This document shows, piece by piece, positions 9,963 to 17,820 of a stretch of 64,000 nt of DNA. The position numbers and the translations under genes were made by a program. Origin of the DNA: Magnetococcales bacterium (GTDB taxonomy: Bacteria; Pseudomonadota; Magnetococcia; Magnetococcales; DC0425bin3); NCBI GenBank assembly GCA_015228935.1, contig JADGCO010000001.1, forward strand, positions 84,103 to 148,102, read 5' to 3'. Below the pieces are notes generated by a model. It saw only the letters and a program-made list of their open reading frames with translations. It was not told the origin of the DNA and did not search any database. How positions within the stretch are numbered: position 1 is the stretch's first letter; every line of letters begins with the position of its first letter.

Positions 9963-11130
9963 TTCCATGAACGGTGTACGAGGCTGGGCAGCCCTGGTTG
10001 TCTTTTTTTACCACAGCATCCCTTTGTTCTACCCTGTCATTGCAACCCAAAAACAGGATTTGGCCAGGGGATTTGTGGATGCATTGATTGCCAAATCTCC
10101 CCTCTATGCCCTGTTGAATGGCGCGTTTGCCGTTTTTATTTTTTTCGTGTTGAGCGGCTTCGTCCTGAGTGTGCAATTTTTTAAAAACAAGGCAAGAATC
10201 AATATCATCTCTGCCATGCTGAGAAGATATTTCAGGCTTGCCATACCCATTTTCTCCGCCAATTTGTTTATTTTATTCTGCATCTATTTTAATTTATTTC
10301 ATGAAAACGAAATGGTAAAAATTGGTATGTTGACTGACGGATTGCAAAAATACAATTTCACCTTCAATAGCTACAATATTTTTCAGGAATCTTTTGTGAA
10401 AGTTTTTACAGAGAGAAGCACAGTCATGAATCTTGTCCTGTGGACAATGCAATATGAATTGATTGGATCTTACATTGTTTTTTTAACAATCATTCTATTT
10501 GGAACATCAAAATTAAGAATTGCTTTTTATTTGTTTTTTATGATTTTTTTGGGAAAATTAGTCGGATATTATGTAATTTATTATAAATGCTTTATGTTTG
10601 GCGTCATACTGGCAGATATTTATGTTAATTTTCCAAAAGCAAAAACTCCGCCCAAGCCTTTTTTGTTTGAAATATTTTATATTTCAATCGCCATATTTGG
10701 CTTATTTCTTGGGTCCATGCCCATTGAAATTGTAGATCCTTCACAATATCAATCAATAATGCAAAAAATTACACGCGGCGTTGGCTTTGATGGTGTCTAC
10801 GCCCTGGGTGGGTGTCTTGTTGTTTCTGGTGTATTGTTTTCCAATAATTTAGAAAAAATATTTAAATCAAAAATATCTTTGTTTCTTGGAAAAATATCAT
10901 TTTGTCTCTATTTGATCCATATACCTGTCGTATTTACATTTGGATATTATATATTTTCATTTTTGCATCATAATAATTTCAGACACAATACCGCATTTTT
11001 TATTTACATTACGTTAACAATGGTTGCCATATTGATTATATCGTATTATTTTGAAAAATTAATTGACAAACCGTTCAATAGCCTTGCACGTCGCTGGGTC
11101 GGAAATATTCTGGGAATGCACAGATCGTAA
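9955..11130 (+). CDS. acyltransferase family 3 (OafA/YrhL-like) integral membrane protein
   Basis: LDSMNGVRGWAALVVFFYH motif, about 10 hydrophobic segments and LGKISFCLYLIHIPV. Most of the gene is markedly AT-rich. The start overlaps the cbiA stop; an alternative ATG lies at 9967. Confidence 0.75.
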   Translation: MLDSMNGVRGWAALVVFFYHSIPLFYPVIATQKQDLARGFVDALIAKSPLYALLNGAFAVFIFFVLSGFVLSVQFFKNKARINIISAMLRRYFRLAIPIFSANLFILFCIYFNLFHENEMVKIGMLTDGLQKYNFTFNSYNIFQESFVKVFTERSTVMNLVLWTMQYELIGSYIVFLTIILFGTSKLRIAFYLFFMIFLGKLVGYYVIYYKCFMFGVILADIYVNFPKAKTPPKPFLFEIFYISIAIFGLFLGSMPIEIVDPSQYQSIMQKITRGVGFDGVYALGGCLVVSGVLFSNNLEKIFKSKISLFLGKISFCLYLIHIPVVFTFGYYIFSFLHHNNFRHNTAFFIYITLTMVAILIISYYFEKLIDKPFNSLARRWVGNILGMHRS

Positions 11131-11335
11131 GCTTTATCAACAGTAACCACGGGTGGCAACCAAAACAGGGTCATCCACTTTCTGGGCCACTCTCCCCTCT
11201 CTGGACTCTGGTCCAGATTTTCCTGACTTTTTTCAGGTTCAGGAATTTTTTTCACGTCATCTCTGGACAAAAAGAAGGATTGCCATTATCTTGCCCAGAG
11301 TGAGGCGTTGGTCTGCGGTTTGAGACGATACGCAT

Positions 11336-11422
11336 GCCCAGATGGCGGAATTGGTAGACGCGCTAGATTCAGGGTCTAGTGACCGCAAGGTCGTGGAAGT
11401 TCGAGTCTTCTTCTGGGCACCA
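11336..11422 (+). tRNA. tRNA-Leu (anticodon CAG), class II with long variable arm, CCA encoded
   Basis: Manual fold: acceptor GCCCAGA/TCTGGGC, anticodon stem CTAGA/TCTAG with loop TTCAGGG, T-loop GTTCGAGTC. Confidence 0.9.
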
Positions 11423-11538
11423 TTCATTCAAGCTGAAGTTTCTTTATTATTTTCTTCTCAAGAAATACGTTTTGGGCTTCATCTGCCAGTCGGCGCAGTC
11501 AAGTTGGCGAGGGTTCTTGGCCCATGGTTGACTGCGGT

Positions 11539-12110
11539 ATGAACACGACTCCTGCGCTGTCACGGCTACCGCGTCCCTGGCGAAAGCATCGGCCATGCGA
11601 TCAGCCATGCGGTTTGGCTTTATGGCCGCTTCGCCTTGAATTGCAGGAATATGGAGGAAGTTCTGCGCTCTGGGGCATTGATGTCACCTTCGAAACGGTC
11701 CGCCAATGGTGTCTGACATTCGGTAAGGACTTTGCCAAGCGGGTCCGGGCAAGGTTGGGGCGGTCCGCGACACTTGGCATCTTGATAAGGTTTTCATCAA
11801 GATCAACGGAAAACAGCACTACCCATGGCAAGCAGTAGATCAGGAAGGCGTTGTCCTGGACATTCTTGTTCGGAAATGCCGGAACACCAAGGCAGCGAAT
11901 CGCCTTTTCCGAAAGCTGCTCAAAGGATTGGGATACTCTCCGACGTACATCGTGACCGATCAGCTCAAAAGCCATGGATCTGCGGTCCGGGAATTGGGAC
12001 TGACGGCAGAGCATGAAACCGGAAAATTCAAAAATAATCGGACAGAGAACTCACGCCAGCTAACGCGACAGCAAGAGCGGCTGATGCGAGGTATGGTCGA
12101 ACCGGGGTAA
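11539..12110 (+). pseudogene. IS6-family (IS26-like) transposase remnant with multiple frameshifts
   Basis: Pieces in three frames read ..GYRVPGESIGHAISHAVWLYGRFALNCRNMEEVL.., ..GIDVTFETVRQWCLTFGKDFAKRVRARL.. and ..DKVFIKINGKQHYPWQAVDQEGVVLDILVRKCRNTKAANRLFRKLLKGLGYSPTYIVTDQLKSHGSAVREL..NNRTENSRQLTRQQER. This resembles IS6 DDE transposases. Confidence 0.75.
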
Positions 12111-12121
12111 CGGAATTCACA

Positions 12122-12912
12122 GCTTGTAATGTAAGGCATTTTTTTGTTCTCCTCGAAGTGGGATAAATTTACCCAGAATTGGTTGTCCAATTCTTCTGGC
12201 AGGCTCAGCACCCAGTCGATAAAGCGAAAGAGATCAACGATCTGTTGACGATTGAAACCACGCTCGTACAGCATGCGTGTGATGCGCTTTTTTTGCTGAA
12301 ATCGCTCCGCCGGTTGGCTTTTGGTCTGTTTCCCCGTCAAGTGTACGAGGGTGACGATGGCAAACGGGTTATTGGACGACTCCAGTTCAGATAGTTTATC
12401 GAGATAATCCAATAACTTGACCGTGTTGAACCGGTAAACCAATTCAGATCCCCACTGCACCTGACGGTATTCTGAAACCCGCCAGCCTGGTTCCTCATCC
12501 GCGAGAATTGCCAAGCCAACAACAGGCTTACGGTGGAGATCATGTGCCCGATGCTGACAGGTGTACATCCGCTCCGCAAATTCCGGATCCCTGTCTCCTT
12601 GGATTTCGACATGGACCAGAACCCAGAGTTCTGCTCCATCAAGAAGCCAGACCTTGACCAGAGGAGATCCACACGGCGATTGCTGGACTTTGCCTCCCGC
12701 GTGATCCGATCCAATTCTTTATCGAGGAATTCAGGGCCACGCTGCCAATCGATACTTTCATGTGCCTCTGGAAGAAAAAATGCCAAGAAATCCTTGAAGT
12801 ACGCCTTCAGGATCTCCTTCCACGGGGAGTCGTACTCGGTCGGTTGGCTCTGTTTGTCGTGATCGGTCATCAAAAACGTCCTCAAGGGTTGGACCTTGAC
12901 AGCCTGAACCAC
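12122..12912 (-). pseudogene. second Rpn/DUF4351-family paralogue, frameshifted and 3'-truncated at the IS6 remnant
   Basis: ORFs 12337..12912 and 11960..12568 (different frames) together mirror the 7573..8580 protein (..DSPWKEILKAYFKDFLAFFLPEAHESIDWQRGPEFLDKEL.. / ..NPFAIVTLVHL..RGFNRQQIVDLFRFIDWVLSLPEE..KKMPYITS). Homology stops near 12122, about 10 nt from the IS6 ORF end. Confidence 0.7.
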
Positions 12913-13363
12913 CAGTACTTGCGGAAAGCAGCCTGAATTCGCACCCGTTTCAGTTTTCTTTCAAAGAGCCATTGGAAAAGATGGTTTCGGTGACCCATGC
13001 CCAAAATCCGCTGATGCGGCACTGGGCCATCCAGAGACGGCTTCTCCATGCCCGGATTGTCCAGGATTTTACATCCCCAGTCCATAAAAATCCGTAAGGA
13101 TGCCCTTCCACAAATACCCGGAATCAATCTGAATAAATCAATCGGAAGGGACAATACCTTTTGGCCCACGGTATAGTTGAAATGGAGAATGGGGGCAAAG
13201 AGAGAAAGAAAAGGCCACTTCCAGGATGGCGGAAGGTTCAGTCAAACGAGTGAACCAAGACCCAAACCACTTCGCAACATTTCGAATTATTCGAGATTTT
13301 TTCAGGATCGGGAGGGGATAAGCGATTTCTTGGGAAGCGTGAGAACGCCTTTTGGAAAAAGGG

Positions 13364-13456
13364 TGGCGGAGAGAGAGGGGTTCGAACCCTCGGTACCCTT
13401 TTGGAGTACACACGCTTTCCAGGCGTGCACCTTCGACCGCTCGGCCATCTCTCCGC
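13364..13456 (-). tRNA. tRNA-Ser (anticodon GGA), long variable arm, CCA encoded
   Basis: The reverse complement reads GCGGAGAGATGGCCGAGCGGTCGAAGG..CTGGAAA..GGGTTCGAACCCCTCTCTCTCCGCCA. The acceptor stem and T-arm pair correctly. Confidence 0.9.
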
Positions 13457-13485
13457 ATGTGCAGGAACCACCATTCATGATTAGA

Positions 13486-13962
13486 TCAGATGCTTCGTTT
13501 TGATTCAAAGAAAAATTTGAGCATCTGGATGATTTCCGCGCTACAGGTGGTCTCTTCAACCATGGAACGTGTTGGTAACGTTGACGTTGTGGTTTTGGTT
13601 CTGGTCATGCCATAGACGATTTTGCCGAAGCGGGCCTGGCGACTGGTTTCCAGACACATGGCACAGGGTTCCAGGGTAACCGTCAATTGGGCACCAACCA
13701 GCCGATAATTGCCGACCCGGTTGGCGGCCAGACGCATGGCCTGCATCTCCGCATGTCCGGCGGGATCCATATTGGCCACCGGTCTGTTGCCACTCTGTGC
13801 CAGATAACGACCATGAACATCCCGAACCACAGCTCCAACCGGCACCTCATCCAGCAGCGCCGACTGGGTGGCTTCGATCATGGAGAGCAACAAAGAGGCT
13901 GCATCAGGTTCCAGGTACTGAGGATTTTTTGCCGCTGGGCGTGGTGGATTTTTTGCTGTCAT
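13486..13962 (-). CDS. tadA: tRNA-specific adenosine deaminase
   Basis: VPVGAVV.., HAEMQAM and TLEPCAMC zinc-binding deaminase motifs. Start uncertain (13989, 13962 or 13881). The first two overlap the upstream gene end. Confidence 0.85.
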   Translation of the reverse strand: MTAKNPPRPAAKNPQYLEPDAASLLLSMIEATQSALLDEVPVGAVVRDVHGRYLAQSGNRPVANMDPAGHAEMQAMRLAANRVGNYRLVGAQLTVTLEPCAMCLETSRQARFGKIVYGMTRTKTTTSTLPTRSMVEETTCSAEIIQMLKFFFESKRSI

Positions 13963-14506
13963 TGTCCTCTTCCGTATTGCCTGCTGCAACCACCGGACCC
14001 AGAAAAGTCAAATCAAAACGCTGGTGATCCCAGGCAGTTTGGGCAGGATCCCGCGAAAAAAACCACCCTTCGTGCATGACCTGGTCTTTCGGATCGGTGA
14101 CCGCCACCCAGACAGCCGGATTGACATGCCCTTCCGGCCCACGCACCACCACCCCCTCATGCAGCAGAAGATCGGGCATATAGGCCACGACTTCCAACCA
14201 GCCTCCCCAGGGACCCCCCAAACGATCCCCGACCCGGATTTCCAGGCGTTTCACCACCAGGGTGCGTTTGTCCAGCAGGGAAAAGGCCATCGGCAATCCA
14301 GTGCTGTTCCGCGCCATGGCAACGGTAGGACGTGCCTTCAAGGTCAATACATGGGGGGCAAGCGGCAAACGCTCCTGCTTCTGGGCTTCAAGCACCACAA
14401 AGGTATCCGAAGTTTCCGGTTCGGAAAAACATCCCGTCAAACCAAAGGCAAGACATCCGCATCCGAATATCCACGATATTTTTCCGGCATTTTTACGGAG
14501 ACCCAT
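13904..14506 (-). CDS. lipoprotein of unknown function (possibly DUF2155-like)
   Basis: Lipobox-like ..LAFGLTGCFS after MGLRKNAGKISWIF. LDKRTLVVKRLEIRVGD.. and HEGWFFS.. resemble DUF2155 as I recall it. Low-complexity Lys/Ser tail. Confidence 0.45.
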   Translation of the reverse strand: MGLRKNAGKISWIFGCGCLAFGLTGCFSEPETSDTFVVLEAQKQERLPLAPHVLTLKARPTVAMARNSTGLPMAFSLLDKRTLVVKRLEIRVGDRLGGPWGGWLEVVAYMPDLLLHEGVVVRGPEGHVNPAVWVAVTDPKDQVMHEGWFFSRDPAQTAWDHQRFDLTFLGPVVAAGNTEEDNDSKKSTTPSGKKSSVPGT

Positions 14507-14823
14507 GACCCATTCCTGCCAACCCGTTGTGAGACCCACAATCCATTCCCGCCAACCTGTCGTGACTGACAAAGACATCTGGATACTCCCCTCATGCACT
14601 TCCACTCACCCTGGCAATTGTTTCCTGAACAGGGTGGCTCTGACCAGTGATTATTTGATTATATTTTTGTAACAATTCATCACCCGGAACGAATCGGGGT
14701 CCAGGGGGCTGGCGACCGGACAGGTCCAGGACAAAGTCCTGGCAGGGTTCAGAGCGAAGCCCTGATAAAGACTTTCATATCCAAGCTTTTCTTGAAAAAG
14801 CGCTGAATAGTTACATATTTTAT

Positions 14824-16131
14824 TCATGGTAATCTTTTCAACCCAATCACCAGATCCATGACATTGGTGCCGGTTGGCCCGGTGTGCAACAAATCCCCGC
14901 TGGCAGCCAAAAAGGTTTGTGCATCGGCCTGGGCCAGAGAAAGATCTGGATCCAGACCGGCGGCCCGACCTCTGGCAATGGTCCCCCCATCCACCAGGGC
15001 ACCAGCCCAGGAACCAGGACCATCCGAACCATCGGTGCCTGCCGCGAGAAGAAAAAGATCCTCCCGTCCCTGAATCTCCCGGGCCGCCGCCAGAGCCAAA
15101 TGTTGATTCCGGCCGCCCTTTCCAGGTGCGGGCGGCAAGACCACCGTGGTCTCACCTCCCCAGAGATATACGCCCGGCTCCCCAAGCGCCAATGCGGTCG
15201 CCAAAGTACGACCTTGTTCTGCCGCATCTCCTGTCAGGATACCGGAAGTCAAACGCACAGGATATCCCCGGGAACGCGCCCGTGCTGCCGCACCCCGCAG
15301 GGCATCCGTCAAACAGCCGACCACACGCACATCCAGGTTGGCAAACATGGGATCCCCGGGTGACGGCAAAGGTGGGGTTTGGACCAACAATGCCCTGAGC
15401 CACTCCGGCACCATATCCAGGTCAACATCTCCCTCATCCGGAACCAACAATCCAGAACCAATACTGGCCGGATCATCCCCTGGGACATCGGAAAGAAGCA
15501 AAACACTCGCGGAATGCTGTCCCAAACAGGCTGCCAAACGCCCCCCCTTGATCCGCGACAATCGTTTGCGAATCCGATTGACCTGATGAATATCCAGACC
15601 ACTGCCCAATAACCAGGCATTGACCCGGCGCAATTCTTCCAGGGTGACAAACTCCGGCAAGGATTCCACCAGGGAGGACGTACCCCCGGAAATCAGGAAG
15701 AGGAACTTTTTCCTTGCATTGTTGTCTGACCTTGATTGCATGAAATCCAGCAGGAAATTTCCAGCGCGCAGTGAGGAGGCATCGGGAATTGGATGTGCGG
15801 CTTCCAGAACACGAACAGGCAGATTATTGTCCAGGGATCCACTGTACCCGACCTTGGTGATGACCAGACCAGCCGCAATCCGGTTCCCCAATACATCCAG
15901 GGCACCTCGCGTCATGGCCACGGCGGCCTTGCCAATGGCCACCAGATGGACCAGTTTCCAGGTGCATGAAAGAGTCGCCAGGGCATGCCGCACCACTTTC
16001 TGGCCGTCAACCCTTGTCAAGGCAGCGTGGAATATATCCAATAGATGTGCGGATGGAAGCCATCGATCCATTGGGTCAGAACCGTCCGTGTTGACATCGG
16101 TGCCCGTCGTTTGCATGCGAATCGATTTCAT
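14824..16131 (-). CDS. glycerate 2-kinase / hydroxypyruvate reductase-like (DUF4147 + MOFRL)
   Basis: ..HLVAIGKAAVAM.., ..FLISGGTSSLVE.., ..GGETTVVLP..GKGGRNQHLALA.., ..LLAAGTDGSDGP and ..GPTGTNVMDL are typical of the MOFRL family. The exact start is uncertain. Confidence 0.8.
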   Translation of the reverse strand: MKSIRMQTTGTDVNTDGSDPMDRWLPSAHLLDIFHAALTRVDGQKVVRHALATLSCTWKLVHLVAIGKAAVAMTRGALDVLGNRIAAGLVITKVGYSGSLDNNLPVRVLEAAHPIPDASSLRAGNFLLDFMQSRSDNNARKKFLFLISGGTSSLVESLPEFVTLEELRRVNAWLLGSGLDIHQVNRIRKRLSRIKGGRLAACLGQHSASVLLLSDVPGDDPASIGSGLLVPDEGDVDLDMVPEWLRALLVQTPPLPSPGDPMFANLDVRVVGCLTDALRGAAARARSRGYPVRLTSGILTGDAAEQGRTLATALALGEPGVYLWGGETTVVLPPAPGKGGRNQHLALAAAREIQGREDLFLLAAGTDGSDGPGSWAGALVDGGTIARGRAAGLDPDLSLAQADAQTFLAASGDLLHTGPTGTNVMDLVIGLKRLP

Positions 16132-16166
16132 GAAGCACTCTGCCCCAGGATGGGAGATAGGACAGC

Positions 16167-17819
16167 ATGAACCGAACCGATCAGGAATCCAGCAAAAAAA
16201 ATTGGCTGATCATGGCAGAAAAATTTCGGCACATGTTGCCTGAAAAGGTTGCGGCTCTGCAACAATCCATGGACGGTCCTCTCTCCGGTGCCCATGGTCT
16301 CCGCCAATTGGAAAACCTGCCCCACCTGCTGCATCAAATCAGCAATACAGCCGCCACCTGCGGCTTTCAGGAAATCACGACCCGGGCCAGACAACTGGAA
16401 AATCTGGTCGATACGCTTCTGACCCAACCCGATACCAACGGTCCTTCGCCAGACGATATTCGCAGGGGATTTCAGCAACTCAAGGATGAAATGGACCGCG
16501 TCTATCAGAATGGCCAACCCAGCATGACAACCCCCAGGATTGCTGGCATGTCCACTCCAGATACCATCAATCCTTTGGATGAAAAATTCATTTCTGGCAA
16601 CCTTCCGCTCCCGGATACCAAAACCCTGACCGCCAAAAAGCCGATCATCCTGATCGGCGACGATGATCCCATGTTGCGAGAGATGATCGCCTGGTTCCTG
16701 GACGAATGCGGCTACCAGATCATCAAGGCTGAAAACGGCAAACAGGCCGTGGAAAAATTTTTGGAACTCCCTGTCGATCTGGTCCTGCTTGATGCCGAAA
16801 TGCCTGTCATGAACGGCTTCGAAGCCTGTATCCGCATCAAAAACACCCCTAAAGGCAAGGATGTCCCGGTCGTCATGGTCACCATTCTGGACGACAAGGC
16901 TTCCATCGAAAAAGCCTTTGAAGTCGGTGCCCACGATTTTATCCATAAACCCATCCACTGGACTGTCCTGAAGCAAAGGTTGCGGATTCTCCTCGAAGTC
17001 AGGAAAAACGAAACCCTGCTGAAACAACACCTGGAAAATCTGGGCACCCTGGTGGCCGAAAGAACTGCCGAACTCAATCTGGCAAAAGAGTCCGCCGAGG
17101 CCGGGATTCGCGCCAAGGATGAATTTTTGGCCATCATCAGTCACGAAATGCGTACCCCCTTGAACTCCATCATCGGCTTCTCCGACCTGTTGATACAAAG
17201 CATCGGCGGGGAAGAAGAAAAATCCTGGCTCCAGATGATCTCGAAATCCGGACAACTTCTGCTGGAACTGATCAATGAAACTCTTGAACTGGTGGAAGTC
17301 GATTCAGGAGAATACCGGTTTCAGAACATACCCTTTGATCTGCCGGAACTGCTTGATGACATTGTTGATACGGTCAGACCGCTCGCCCAGGAGAAAAAAT
17401 TGGCCCTGGGTCTTGCCCGTGAAGAACTCAAGGCCTGTCCGCAGCAGGTCCATGGCGATCCGAAACGCTTGCGACAGGTCTTGTTGCATCTGGTACGCAA
17501 TGCCATTAAATTCACGGATTCCGGCTCTGTGCGTCTGGGCGTCAAACCCAGTGTCAATCCCAACAATCGCACCCTGCTGCATTTCTGGGTTGAAGATACC
17601 GGTCCCGGAATTCCTGCCAACAAACAGCAGGCCATTTTTCAGGACTTCACCCAGTTGGAAGAGTACCACACGCGCAAACATGAGGGAATCGGCCTGGGAT
17701 TGACCATCTGCAAACGATTCATCCCCTGTATGGGCGGAAAAATCTGGGTGGAAAGTCGCGTGAACCATGGCTCTACGTTCCATTTTACGGCCAACCTGGG
17801 ATCTTTTCCAAACCAATAG
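16167..17819 (+). CDS. hybrid two-component protein: N-terminal HPt-like domain, receiver domain, HisKA + HATPase_c
   Basis: HPt-like LLHQISNTAATCGF. REC: ILIGDDDPMLRE..DLVLLDAEMPVMNG..KP. H-box FLAIISHEMRTPLN. N/G boxes ..NAIKFT.., ..DTGPGI.., ..GIGLGL. Confidence 0.85.
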   Translation: MNRTDQESSKKNWLIMAEKFRHMLPEKVAALQQSMDGPLSGAHGLRQLENLPHLLHQISNTAATCGFQEITTRARQLENLVDTLLTQPDTNGPSPDDIRRGFQQLKDEMDRVYQNGQPSMTTPRIAGMSTPDTINPLDEKFISGNLPLPDTKTLTAKKPIILIGDDDPMLREMIAWFLDECGYQIIKAENGKQAVEKFLELPVDLVLLDAEMPVMNGFEACIRIKNTPKGKDVPVVMVTILDDKASIEKAFEVGAHDFIHKPIHWTVLKQRLRILLEVRKNETLLKQHLENLGTLVAERTAELNLAKESAEAGIRAKDEFLAIISHEMRTPLNSIIGFSDLLIQSIGGEEEKSWLQMISKSGQLLLELINETLELVEVDSGEYRFQNIPFDLPELLDDIVDTVRPLAQEKKLALGLAREELKACPQQVHGDPKRLRQVLLHLVRNAIKFTDSGSVRLGVKPSVNPNNRTLLHFWVEDTGPGIPANKQQAIFQDFTQLEEYHTRKHEGIGLGLTICKRFIPCMGGKIWVESRVNHGSTFHFTANLGSFPNQ

Positions 17820-17820
17820 G

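Noticed and set aside
12882-13169. 95-aa minus-strand ORF between the Rpn pseudogene and tRNA-Ser
   Set aside because: There is no recognisable motif, RBS or family resemblance. It is probably non-coding remnant DNA.
16128-17255. 375-aa minus-strand ORF
   Set aside because: It is antisense to the HPt-REC-kinase gene, whose motifs are unambiguous. This is a typical GC-bias shadow ORF.
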